A stretch of DNA of 63,532 nt, the filler included, from Octopus bimaculoides (lineage: Eukaryota), in the NCBI RefSeq assembly GCF_001194135.2. It is 9 parts of 9 records of this genome, joined end to end, with 100 filler letters (N's around TTAATTAATTAA, not from the genome) between each part and the next. Parts side by side here need not be neighbours in the genome. Positions count along the whole stretch, not along the records: positions 35,220 to 37,736 come from NC_068994.1; positions 37,837 to 43,151 come from NC_068989.1; positions 43,252 to 47,108 come from NC_069006.1; positions 47,209 to 59,522 come from NC_068985.1; 5 more parts are not named here. One strand, 5' to 3'. Shown piece by piece: positions 35,220 through 47,975 of this stretch (position 1 is its first letter; each line of letters starts with the position of its first letter). The notes beneath the pieces are model-generated. The model saw nothing but the letters and a program-made list of their open reading frames with translations. It was not told where the DNA came from and made no database searches. Position numbers and translations under genes: made by a program.

Positions 35220-36026
35220 AGCGGTTCCAAAAATTAAAGTTTACCGAAAATTAAAAAATTTGGCACAATAATACACTTGCCCAAACTGAATTGTTGGAGT
35301 TATTTCATTTTTTCTAGAAAAATGTTTTAAAAACGTTATAGAGGTTTGAAGTATGATCATTTTCACCCAGTCAGGAAACAAGACTTGGAAGCTGTCATTT
35401 TGTGCGTGACTGCACATTTTGTCGTCAATATCCTGAAAATAGCACGTGTTGTCAATATTTGTAAACAACACGTGTTATACATTATTTACATTTGACAGAT
35501 ATTTGCCCTCATCTTAACCACTGCGCCATATGCCCGTGGGCATATATGTACAGAGAGAGAGGGGGGGGAGAAAGGGAGAGAGAGAAAGAGAAAGGGAGAG
35601 AGAGAAAGAGAAAGGCAGAGAAATACCGGTAGCTTGAAATATATGTTTACATGAAGTAGTAGCATCTTTCTCTTGAAAGATGCCAGTACTCCAAGTACTT
35701 AACCAATACATAAAAAGAAGAAAACGCTAACGAACACAAATGCGTACGCTCATAACCCCTGCAAAGGTTATACATATAGTACCACTACAGATATTCCATC
35801 CCCATGAGAAAACCACCCTTAAGGACGCACACATTTCCCACAAACACTTAAAAATAACTCTTACCGACTTGCAACATAACCACTTCGGTAGCGATACTTT
35901 GATACCAAGGGACATAACTCTCAACCTAATCCCCTACTCCTTTCGTTTCATCATCTTTTTCACAGCAACCGCAGACCGGATGTGTCTATTCGCCTCCAAC
36001 AATAGAAAGCAATGGCCATATATCAT

Positions 36027-36134
36027 TCCATATCGGCTACCTCTGATGAGCGTTGGGTTATATAATCAAATTGTTACCTAACACTCCGTCGAATCCCTAT
36101 CGCGAAACCGAATGGTAAGATCGGCTGTAATGGA
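36027..36134 (+). ncRNA. Type I hammerhead ribozyme, canonical core, GUA cleavage site
   Basis: CTGATGA (36043-36049); stem II GCG/CGC extended by TGGG/CCTA; GAA; stem III ACC-GAAT-GGT; A17 = 36117; imperfect stem I CT/AG with distal TCCAT/ATGGA. Confidence 0.75.
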
Positions 36135-36231
36135 TATATAAGGCTGTACACTTCGGATAATATACCCACTCTATTGGCAGATATACGAGTACATTTTCCC
36201 CCCTGATTTATGGACTCTTAGACAACACACA

Positions 36232-36262
<31 letters not shown>

Positions 36263-36974
36263 GCGCATACACACACACATACACACATATAATATACACA
36301 TGCAAGAATGTATGTATATATGTCTGTGTGTGCGCGTGTACATGCGTATACGTGTGTTTGTATGCATATATTGACCTTTGCTGTCAGAGCTGGTGATATT
36401 CGTCCCCTCCACACAGACATTTCCATCCTACCCATCTCTCCTCCTAATGTCACCTTTCTTGTATCCAGCTCTCCAGGCCTCGTACTAATTACTATTCTCA
36501 AGCTTTACTTTCCAAAATGTTAGCTCTCTGGAATTCCAACTCCACTCATGTATTTCATGCAGATGTCGAATTACAAAGGTTCAAGTAGAATATTAATTGC
36601 ATCAAGGTAGCCCTGCAAAGCCGTAGGCACTGCTCCTTTCATCACACCCAACAAGTATATGTATATATATATCTGTACGTGTATGTGTGTGTGTGAACGC
36701 ACGCGCGTTTATGTACAAATAAAAATTTAAAAAATGGTTTCTTCTGTTGTATTATGAATATCTAAACTTTCTTTGCCTTGTCATTGTCACTAATTATTTA
36801 CTGTTGTTATTGGCATTAGAATCATTTTTGGTCCCTGATTATAACATAAACTGTTAATTTGAAATAGCATGGAATTATTTTGTGTTCGTTGGTGGCGGTC
36901 AAAGAGAATTGGTATACATTAAATAAACAATGGGTTCTTTTATCAGATTAAATAGAGACAAGCTTACTTTTGCT

Positions 36975-37200
36975 AATGAATATTATTTTCGAATTTTGGC
37001 ACAAGGCCAGTGGGCTTGGAGAAGGGTTAAGTCGATCAAATCGATTCCAGTCTTTAACTGCTACTTATTTTATCGACCCTGGAACTATGAAAGGCAAAGT
37101 CGAGCCCGGCGGAATTTGAACTCAGAATGCAAAGATGGACGAGATGCCGCTAAGTATTTCGTGGAGCGAACTAACGATTTTGCCATCTCGCCGCTATTTT
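36975..37200 (-). mobile_element. SINE family 2
   Basis: Reverse complement of the 25659-25870 family, diverged. Confidence 0.8.
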
Positions 37201-37570
37201 GTAAATGAATATCATACATAGTTTATGTCATAATTGACATAGATAATGTTTGACATGTACCTGAAATTGTGTATCTTATGCAGAGTCAAGGACAACCTAT
37301 GACCTGTGGGACTTTCTGAATGGCATGTTTAAAGGTTAGGCTAAAGATATCGATAGAATAAGTACCATACTTTAAAAAAGCTCGGGGTTCGATTCATTCG
37401 ACTACATTCTTCATAGCGGTGCCCCAGTACGGTTGCAATCTGATGACGGAAACAAGTAAAAAATAAAAGATATTTGGAGAATCTGTCTGTCTCTCTCACG
37501 TTTACCGTAAAGAAACAGGATTTGAGAGCCGGTTGAGCGGGTAACAAAGAACCGCGAAAAGATTAACTAA

Positions 37571-38065
37571 CGCGTGGCTGTGTGATAAGACGTTTGCTTC
37601 CCATCTACATGGTTCTGGGTTCAGTCCCACTACATGGAATCTTAGGGAAGTGTCTTCTACTATATCCTAGGACTGATCAAAGCCTTGTAAGTGAATTTGG
37701 TAGACGGAAAACGAGAGAAGACTGTCGTGTATATATNNNNNNNNNNNNNNNNNNNNNNNNNNNNNNNNNNNNNNNNNNNNTTAATTAATTAANNNNNNNN
37801 NNNNNNNNNNNNNNNNNNNNNNNNNNNNNNNNNNNNATATATATATGTATGTGTTTGTGTGTCTGTGTTTGTCCCCCCACCATTGCTTGACAACCGATGC
37901 TGGTGTGTTTACGTTCCCGTAACTTAGCGGTTCAGCAAAAAGAGACCGATAGAATAAGTACTAGGCTTACAAAGAATAAGTCCTGGGGTCGATTTTCTCG
38001 ACTAAAGGCGGTGCTCCAGCATGGCCGCAGTCAAATGACTTAAACAAGTAAAGAGTAAAGAGTAT
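37571..38065 (+). mobile_element. SINE family 1 split by linker 4 at its internal (TA)n
   Basis: 5' half 37571-37736 and 3' half 37837-38065, colinear with the 6650-7016 copy. Confidence 0.8.
37737..37836. other. Artificial assembly linker 4
   Basis: 44 N + TTAATTAATTAA (37781-37792) + 44 N. Confidence 0.97.
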
Positions 38066-38179
38066 ACATTAGATCAGTAGTTTATTCAATCAATACCCAT
38101 TGGAAATGCTCTAAAAGCTATCTCAAGTAGCTTCTACATGGACGAAAAACGTGCTGAGTATTATGTAATTTTCCTCTGA

Positions 38180-38625
38180 TTTAGGCACGAGGCCAACAGT
38201 TTTGAGGGGAAGGGTTAGCCAATACTATGGACACCAGTTCTTTACTGGTACTTGTTTTTATGACCCCAGAGAGATGAAAGGCAAAGAAGACTTCTGGCTG
38301 TATTGAACTCAGAACGTAAATAGACGAGACAAATAACGTAAAGCATTTTTCCGACGCTCTAGCGATTCTGCCGACTCGCCGGCTTTCTGTACTACATAAT
38401 AGCATTGAAAGGCGGCGAGCTGGCAGAAACGTTAGCATGCCGGGTGAAACGCTTAATGGTATTTCGTCTGCCGTTACGTTCTGAGTTCGAATTCCGCCGA
38501 GATCGACTTTGCCTTTCATCCTTTCGGGGTCGATTAAATAAGTACCAGTTATGTAATCGACTTAGTCCCTTTGTCTGTCCTTGTTTGTCCCCTCTATGTT
38601 TAGCCCCTCTATGTTTATAAAGAAT
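38180..38625. mobile_element. Head-to-head pair of family 2 SINEs
   Basis: Minus copy about 38180-38392 and plus copy about 38409-38625. Confidence 0.8.
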
Positions 38626-38699
38626 TAAATAATAGCATTGACACAAAGTACTTAATGTACCAGTAATTTATTAAAGTTGTCATGCGCTAATATCACAAG

Positions 38700-39889
38700 C
38701 TACGGGATCTCAGCATAGCTGGAAAACTAGGGCAGCGGTTGAGTGATTTTATTAAGGAACAGATCAACGATATTCTCTGAATGGGAGTGCCTCAGGGAAC
38801 TATCTTGCTTTCATTAGGCTGTGTAATAGCTTTAACAGACATACAAAATGTTATGTTACTAAGATCTCCATTCTCACTAACTTTTCTGAAGATACCAAAT
38901 TATTAAAAGAAAATGATCAACAATTCAAATTATGTCAACAGCCTTCCATACCCGTCGCTAATGAGGTGCACTGGACGGCACTGTCCCCTCACTATTCAAT
39001 GATGCACCCTCAGATTTACAGTGATAGACTTACTTCGTAACTCCACTTTAACACTATTACAAATTAGTGCCCACCCAGAATATTTTAAGGCACTCCCAGT
39101 CACCAAAGTCTAGAGACGGGCCTGCAGCCTTCAGGAAAAACTCTACTGCCGTATGTAGGTGAAGAACTTATGTAAACAACATATAATTCGTTACTAGAAA
39201 GCTTCAAATACTCCGCTGTCATTTCTATGAACTAGTTATGGATACACATGATTGGATGAGATTGTAGTTCTAGAATCAGGTCTGTGCTAAACATAGAAAT
39301 TATAATGAGTAACCATGCATTATTTCATAGACATATCACTAAGAATGATAAACGACTGGCCGGGTGGATTCTGAGAATATTTAGTAAAAATGAACAAGAG
39401 TTTATGTTGGTTCTGTGGAGACAATTACTCACAGCTGTGACCACTGTATAGCACGAAGCCATCCAACTGTGTTACGTTAAGACGATTGCTTGTACAAAAT
39501 GAAAACTTGGCATTGAAAGCTATATAAATTCTTGAACCTGATGACACTGTTTAAATCAAAAATGTTCTCCTTTCGTGTCCCGAGTTAGAACTAAATAATG
39601 CAACAATTTGGAATTTGGGATTGATATAGACACAAATCTTCATCCAGTTACCTCGAAACATAATCGAACCATATGGAGTTGATGCCGATATATCCAAACA
39701 ACTCTTGGATATTCTACATAGTAGAATTCTAGGTAAAACTGCAACAGAGCTGGAGACAAAGGTGAAAGGTAAGGCATCAAAAGCCATAATTCTTCAAATA
39801 TCAAATACAAAACAAAGGGTTCTACAAGCATTGATATTGTTTTCCTATCATAGGAACAGAGGTGACAGGCTGGAATCAATAAAACGGTA

Positions 39890-39890
<1 letters not shown>
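38700..39890 (+). mobile_element. Heavily degraded CR1-group LINE RT remnant
   Basis: GVPQGTIL motif (ggagtgcctcagggaactatc), gaagataccaaa (DDTK-like), GWILRIF motif; many stops and indels. Confidence 0.6.
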
Positions 39891-39965
<75 letters not shown>

Positions 39966-40176
39966 NNNNNNNNNNNNNNNNNNNNNNNNNNNNNNNNNNN
40001 NNNNNNNNNNNNNNNNNNNNNNNNNNNNNNNNNNNNNNNNNNNNNNNNNNNNNNNNNNNNNNNNNNNNNNNNNNNNNNNNNNNNNNNNNNNNNNNNNNNN
40101 NNNNNNNNNNNNNNNNNNNNNNNNNNNNNNNNNNNNNNNNNNNNNNNNNNNNNNNNNNNNNNNNNNNNNNNNNNNN

Positions 40177-40210
<34 letters not shown>

Positions 40211-40655
40211 GTATATGTATATGCACATATATGTACACACACACACACATATATATATACATACATATATACATACACACATACACACACATATAGCTAT
40301 ACATATAGATAGATACATATACAAAATGTATGTGTATGTGTGCGTGTGTGTGTGTGTGTGTGTTTGTATATTGTATGTGTGGATGTGTAATTGGTTCTAT
40401 GAATAACATTATTCTCAATCGGATAGATTATTGCTCCCAGATGTGGTCGCCATGTGTGTGTGTGCGCGCGCGCGCGTGTGCATGCGTTTATGTGTAAGTA
40501 TGTATGTGGGGAGAGGGGTAATGTATATGCACACACGACTTATCCTACCCAGTACTTTCTCTTCTCTGGTTAGGAAATTCAAACATGCTGAAGCGTAGCT
40601 ATTTTGTAAGAACAGTTTTGTTGTACTCGATGATATCAGTAAAAATTTCATCCGT

Positions 40656-41146
40656 AGGCGCAGAAGTGGCTGTGTGGTACTTACCACTTGCTTACCAACC
40701 ACATAGCTTGCTTACCAACCACATAGTTCTGGGTTCAGTCCCACAGCGTGGCACCTTGGGCAAGTGTCTTCTACTATAGCCTCCGGTCGACCAAAGCCTT
40801 GTGAGTGGATTTGGTAGACGGAAACTGAAAGAAGCCCGTCATATATATGTATATATATATATATATATANNNNNNNNNNNNNNNNNNNNNNNNNNNNNNN
40901 NNATATATATGCATGTGTGTGTATATGTTTGTGTGTCTGTGTTTGTCCCCCCAACTTCGCTTGACAACCGACGCTGGTGTGTTTACGTCCCCGTCACTTA
41001 GCGGTTCGTAAAAAAAAACCGATAGAATAAGTACTAGGCTTACAACGAATAAGTCATGGGGTCGCTTTGCTCGACTAAAGGCGGTGCTCCAGCATGGCCG
41101 CAATCAAATGACTGAAACAAGTAAAAGTGTAAAAGAGTAAAAGAGT
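40656..41146 (+). mobile_element. SINE family 1, full length (small gap in internal TA run)
   Basis: Head aggcgcagaagtggctgtgtgg through tail caagtaaaagtgtaaaagagtaaaagagta. Confidence 0.9.
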
Positions 41147-41218
41147 ATCTACAACACATTTAGTAGCAAAACTGCTTGCTTATTGACTCCACCGAACCCT
41201 CGTCGCTTGGATCTTTGG

Positions 41219-41852
41219 CTGTGTTACGTATAGGAGGCTTCAACAGTCTTAGAAAATGAAAATCGACAATGTGAAAATGCTGCGGAACTTGAGCAGACGT
41301 TCAGACAGACAGACAGACCGCCATACAACACGGAATAACGTAACTAGCTTGGTCTGAATACACCTACCTACTAATGTCTAACTTCTTCAAGATAAAGCGC
41401 TGTGTTTCGTATTGGAGACTTCAACAATCTTAGAAAATTAAAATCGACAATGTGAAAATGCTACGGAACTTGAGCAGACGGATAGACAGACAGACAGACC
41501 ACCATACAACACGGAATAACGTAACGAACCTGGTCTGAATACACCTACCAACTAATGTCTAACTTCTTCAAGATAAAGCGCTGTGTTTCGTATTGGAGAC
41601 TTCAACAATCTTAGAAAATTAAAATGACAATGTGAAAATGCTGCGGAACTTGAGCAGATGGATAGACAGACAGACAGACCACCATACAACACGGAATAAC
41701 GTAACGAACCTGGTCTGAATACACCTACCAACTAACGTCTAATTTCTTCAAGATAAAGCGCTGTGTTACGTATAGGAGACTTCAACAGTCTTAGAAAATG
41801 AATATCGACAATGTGAAAATGCTACGGAACTTGAGCAGACGTGCAGACAGAA

Positions 41853-41860
<8 letters not shown>
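41219..41860. repeat. Tandem array of about 3.5 copies of a 180-181-bp unit
   Basis: Units start ctgtgtt.cgtat.ggag at 41219, 41400, 41581 and 41761; each has an internal (GACA)n; followed by a longer (GACA)n. Confidence 0.95.
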
Positions 41861-41893
<33 letters not shown>

Positions 41894-43062
41894 GCGCAAA
41901 ATAAAACTGAAATGTAAAGTGACAGTAACGTTTTAATTACTGACATAGCAATACTAAATGACTATAACGATAGGTAGATGTATGCCGAAAAAAGCTAATG
42001 AATTACACAGACTTAGCTGTTGAACTAAAAATATAATGGCAGTTAAGGAATGTGTCTATCACTTCATTTATAATTGGCACAACTGGAATGGCACACAATC
42101 TTATATTCTAAGGATAGACTTAGGCACGTTCCAGAAATAACATTACAAGGACCTGCAAACATTATTAGGGGTATGATCACACAGCGTTCGTTAACCTTGA
42201 ATATTTTCGCTAACTATGAATATCCTTGCTAACCTCCAACACTTCAATGTATATATTCTCCATGACGTAGCAAATTTCAAAAAGGGAAACACTTGATGCG
42301 TTTCTCAAACCAGTAGTAGTAGTGGTGGTGGCGGCGGCGGCGGTGGTAGTAGTAGTGGTGGTGGTGGTGGTGGTGGTGGTGGTAGCAGCAGCAGCAGCAG
42401 CAATGGTTTCAAAATTTAGCACAAGGGGAGTAAGTCGATTACATCGAACCCAGCGTTGGATAGAGGATATGAACTGATGCAGCTGTAACTGTCTCAATAG
42501 ACAACGCCCGTAGGTTAGATACCTATCGAAAGGACACTAAGGACTGGATGCTTGAACTTGCCTTCAAGTATGTAAGAATCAAGAAACTACACTCAATATC
42601 AGAAGAAGCAAAGAAATATGTAAAGTAATTAAAGACCAGCGAGACGGGGGTAGAAATAAATGAAACAGAAGAGCCCACTGTGAAAGCAAAACAAAACATA
42701 AACCAAATCAAATGGAATCTCAGAGCTGCGAATTCGATGGAACAATAATGCATTATACAGTAAATACTCTACAAAACCCAGCAATTCCGATGTTGATGCA
42801 AATATGACCCATTGGTTGTTGTCTGCATCTAATCCGGTGGTTCTCAACTGGATCCACATGACCCTTCGAATTCCATGTAAGATTATGTGCAATAAATTGC
42901 TTATACTTCTATACTACTCTTTACTCTTTTACTCTTTTACTTGTTTCAGTCATTTGACTGTGGCCATGCTGGAGCACCGCATTTAGTCGAGCAAATTGAC
43001 CCCAGGACTTATTCTTTGGAAACCTAGTACTTATTCTATCGGTCTCTTATTCTATCGGTCAA

Positions 43063-43093
<31 letters not shown>

Positions 43094-43151
43094 AGTATGT
43101 ATGTATATATAACATCAGCAAATAAGTTGTTCCCCATGATTACAAATACAC

Positions 43152-43251
43152 NNNNNNNNNNNNNNNNNNNNNNNNNNNNNNNNNNNNNNNNNNNNTTAAT
43201 TAATTAANNNNNNNNNNNNNNNNNNNNNNNNNNNNNNNNNNNNNNNNNNNN
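43152..43251. other. Artificial assembly linker 5
   Basis: 44 N + TTAATTAATTAA (43196-43207) + 44 N. Confidence 0.97.
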
Positions 43252-43312
<61 letters not shown>

Positions 43313-43569
43313 ACACACAGTGACTTTGAAGTTTCGGCCAGCTAAACCATCATCCGACGATGGTTTAGCTGGCCAAAACTTCGAAGTCACTGCCAGGAGC
43401 ATTCTTGTGTAAGAATAGTAAATTTGTATTCTACAAAAGTATAGAATGACCCATTAGATTAATGTGAAATTGTTTTTATTATAAGTGAACACAAAAAACG
43501 ATGAGCTGATTGAATCTTTAGTAGGCCGGACAAAATACTGAGCGACATTTCGTCCGTCTTTACGTTCTG

Positions 43570-44345
43570 GGTATCAACTCCTAACAGCCAAAGCCAAAGC
43601 ACTCAGAGCCGAGAGATGCCCAAAGTTTGTCATTTATCAAGCATCAAGGTGCAGGAAAAACTCGTGTTTGTGGACGAGAAGTGATGCTGTGGACGCTGAA
43701 ATGAATCGCAGAGATTCTCGAGTGATTGCATACAAACCTTCTGATGTCCGCCAACGCTGTGTTTGCGATTAAGAATCCTGCCTCTGTGATGATATTTGGA
43801 GCCGTAACAAGTGATGGAAGTGTTATGGATCCACACTTTATCAAGCCTGGCTTGAAGATCGGCACAAAGGAGTATCCGGACATCCCGAAGAACTCTATGT
43901 TGCTTTGGATGGAGCAGAGGTTTGGTCTTGACAATGTGGTGCTTATCCAGGTTTCTGCACCATACCATGGGTCAAAAGCAACACAAGCCTTCCTTGGTGA
44001 GAAAATGCCATTTTTTGTGAGGGCCAACATCTGGCCCAGATCTCAACCTTCTCGATTGCTTTTGATGGGGTGTACTTCAAGCAAGGACCAATGCTTCATT
44101 ACACTCGATGGTCAACAGTTTGAAGACCTGCATCGTGCGCGCAACACAAAAAGGCGGAGGTTGCAACAGCAGCAAAAATATTTCGTTCTCGTATGGAGGT
44201 AGAAATTGCCCAAAAGGGCGGCCATATTGAGTGATAATAAATGTTGTACTAAATGTTACAGTAAAATTACATGTCTAACCCATTATTTTAGAATTTATAA
44301 CCAGTTTTACGCAACGTAAAATTAGTCTCTAAATTTATTTATCAC
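43570..44345 (+). mobile_element. Tc1/mariner (maT/DD37D-like) transposase pseudogene, catalytic half
   Basis: VFVDEK, NPASVMIFGAVTSDGSVMDPHFIKPGLKIGTKEY, LIQVSAPYHGSKATQAFL...NIWP...DLNLLDCF*WG, ...AQKGGHIE*; frameshifted. Confidence 0.85.
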
Positions 44346-44356
44346 ACACACACACA

Positions 44357-44452
<96 letters not shown>

Positions 44453-44546
44453 GGTTCAACTTCGCTCATTTTTCACTCATGTTTGCCACTCACACATTAT
44501 TCCATCATCACCAGCTCAGTGATATGTGTGAGAGTGTGTGTGTGTG

Positions 44547-44578
<32 letters not shown>

Positions 44579-45831
44579 CGTGCGTGCGTGCGTTTGTGGA
44601 GGGTGCATTGTTGTAGCAGAAGAATTGCCACAATATTCCTCAATAGGAGACCAAAACCAAAAAAACAATCAGTTTCTCCATTGTGACCCTTGATTATGTT
44701 TATTGAGGATAAATTAATATACATTAATGAGTTTAGCATCGAACGTGGTCGGGCGAACCACGCGGATACATACACAGGCAAACATAATCGCAGACACACA
44801 GGCTTAGAATTGCACGCACACACACACACACACACGCAAAAGCATACACACATATACACTCACGCAATCGCATACACAAACACACACATACACAAACACA
44901 CACATACACACAGAATCGTAAACACACATGCACATCCACTCACGAATACATGCACACAGCCCCACACACAGAATCATAGACACACAGACACACAAACACC
45001 TACACCCACACACACATTCATGTGTATATATATATATATATATATACAATCGCAAATCGCATGCACACATATTTAATTTAAATAATTTTAATATATACGG
45101 TGCTTCCCCCATCCCACCACCAATTCTTCCACACATTTTCGCCGGAAAATCTCCTTTGCACGAATATATGTGTGTGTGTGTATAAACATTTATCGCTATT
45201 TCACGAATATACATTTTTAATAAATCCTGTTTACAATTTAATCGCATGCATACTTAATTCAGTATTATTAATAACATTCATGGCTTCTCCTCTCTCTACA
45301 TGCACAATTTCGATTGAAGATTTTATGGTTTTTGTTGGTTCGTTTGAAAATGATGGAAGATTAAATTAAGGAAGCCCTAGCTTTGTTTGTTTTCAGACTT
45401 AATCTGAACACAGTATTATATCGCGAAATTTTACGCCTCCTAACGCCGTAGTTTGAGGCATGAAATCCAGTCAGTAATTGTATTTTTTCAGAGAATCCTG
45501 TCCTCTGTTCCTGAGGTGTGTTCTGTGTTAGAATTCTTTCTATTATTAACACAAGGCTTGAAATTCGTGAGAAAGGGCCGCATTCAATTACATGAATCCC
45601 AGTTCTTGACTGGTACAAATTTCATCGACCCCCGAAAGGATGAAATACAAAGTCATCCCTTATAACAGAGAATAGTCGCCATATTTTCTCTCATAACTGC
45701 CAACTCAGAAGAGCGTAGGGTTACATAACCAAGATGCTATCTAACATCACGTTTAACCCCCAGTGCGAAGCCGACTGTCAAGATCGGTCGTAATGGAAAT
45801 ATAATACTGTACTCATTGATTAACACACACA

Positions 45832-45863
<32 letters not shown>

Positions 45864-45927
45864 TACACACAGACAGAGGGTAGATGTTGACTATATATTA
45901 TACGGCATCTATCTTGCAAAATAATCC

Positions 45928-46190
45928 AAGAAGACAAAGAAATTTCTTTAACACATCTTTAATGATTCGTTACAATTGTTTCTGTACCAATTCTATTTGA
46001 AACGTCAGTTTGCGCAAAAATTCCAAGTGAAAATTACGTAATGTTTGTGAAAATTTACGTAACGCTTGCACAAGCATTACGTAATTTTCACTTGGAATTT
46101 TTGCGCAAACTGACGTTTCAAATAGAATTGGTACAGAAACAATTGTAACGAATCATTAAAGATGTGTTAAAGAAATTTCTTTGACTTCTT
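45928..46190. repeat. Near-perfect 263-bp palindrome (122-bp arms, 19-nt spacer)
   Basis: 45928-46049 versus reverse complement of 46069-46190: two mismatches seen. Confidence 0.95.
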
Positions 46191-46199
46191 ATCATTTGA

Positions 46200-46230
<31 letters not shown>

Positions 46231-47057
46231 GTGTGTGTGTGTGTGTGTGTGTGACAACCACGTGTGTATACAAACAAACTTACATTTCTTTTTTTTTTTT
46301 TAGAAGCGTCAAATGTGTTTGTACGATACAGATGCGAAGGCGAGGTTTTCGAACCCTGCATCGCCGTTAAAACAGCAGAAATTAACTGATATTTTAGCCT
46401 TACAAGGTGGAAAAAGTTGTCAATAAACAGCCATGGGAGTCGAACCTACAACCCTCAAGACATATGCGTGTGTGTGAGTGAATATATATTGTGTGCGCGC
46501 ATGTGTGTGCGTTCGCGCGCGTCATATATCTATGTGTGTGTGTGTGTGATATGGTATGGGTCATCCTGTATTAGTGTATGCGGCGTGTGTGGGTGGATGT
46601 GGGTGCACGTGGGTGGTGTGACGTGCTGTGCGTATTTGCATACTGTGTGGGTGTGTGAGTGCGCGCGCTTGTGGTGTGTGGGTCTTGAGTAGTATTAAGT
46701 ACTACATACATACACACATATAGATAGATAGATAGATACATAAATACATACATACATATAGGTACATACATACATATACACACAGGGTGACTGTACAGAC
46801 GTCTGCTGCGTTATCTTTCGAAAGACTTTGTTGAATGTCAGTATTAACAGATTTTCGAGCAAGTTTTCTGGCTTCTTGAGTGTGTATATATATATATATG
46901 TCTGTGTAAGTATGCGTGTTTATTTGTGGATGTATACGTAAGTACAAGTGGGTGTGTATGAGTGCACACGTTACTATGTGTATGTAGCTGTATGTTAGTG
47001 TGTTTCTTGGTGCATGGTTGCATTCGCGTATTTGTGTGTGTAATATATTATATATAC

Positions 47058-47108
<51 letters not shown>

Positions 47109-47208
47109 NNNNNNNNNNNNNNNNNNNNNNNNNNNNNNNNNNNNNNNNNNNNTTAATTAATTAANNNNNNNNNNNNNNNNNNNNNNNNNNNNNNNNNNNN
47201 NNNNNNNN
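47109..47208. other. Artificial assembly linker 6
   Basis: 44 N + TTAATTAATTAA (47153-47164) + 44 N. Confidence 0.97.
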
Positions 47209-47299
47209 CATGGGTGGACTATTTCTCTGCTTCTTATTGCAGAAACAGCTGTCTGCTAATGAAGTTCTCTTTGTCATTCAATTGTTTATATTATGTGTT

Positions 47300-47944
47300 G
47301 CATTCACCCAACACTTTATATTCTTTTATTTTTTGTAAGCCTGGTACTTAAACTATCAGTCCCTTATGCTGAACCGCTAAGTTATGGAGATGTAGACACA
47401 CCAACATCGGTTGTCAAGCAATGGGGAGAGGGACAAACTCAGACACAAAGGCACACACATAAATATATACTTATATATGACGGGCTTCTTTCAGTTTCCA
47501 TCGACCAAATTGACTCACAAGGTTTTGGTCGGCTCAAGGCTATAGTAGAAGACACTTCCTGAAGGTGCCACACACTGGGACTGAACCTGGAACCATGTTG
47601 TTGTGACGCAAGCGTCTTACTACACAGCCATGCCTGTGCCTAGCAAGCTTCTTACCACACAGCCATCTTACCGAACAGGCATATATATCTATACTGTATG
47701 CGTGTGTAATATATACTTAGACACTCATACTCTTTTACTCTTTTACTTGTTTCAGTCATTTGACTGTAGCCATGCTGGAGCACCACCTTTAGTCGAGCAA
47801 ATTGAACCCAGGACTTCTTCTTTGGATGCCTAGTACTTATTCTATCAATCTCTTTTACCGAACCACTAGGTTACGGGGACGTAAACACACCACCATCGGT
47901 TGTCAAGCGATGTTAGGGGGACAAACACAGACACACAAACATAT

Positions 47945-47975
<31 letters not shown>
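47300..47975 (-). mobile_element. Two adjacent family 1 SINEs (about 47300-47665 and 47725-47975)
   Basis: Both match the reverse complement of the 6650-7016 family. Confidence 0.85.

Noticed and set aside
34130-35520. DNA-transposon-like ends on both sides of linker 3
   Set aside because: Termini are cut by gaps and the linker; no TIR pair or TSD can be shown.
17890-40725. Small 16-20-bp tandem duplications inside SINE heads (about 17895 and 40690)
   Set aside because: Ordinary slippage within repeats; no functional implication.
41219-41860. CRISPR-like array
   Set aside because: Contiguous 181-bp units with no unique spacers, no cas genes, and a eukaryotic context.
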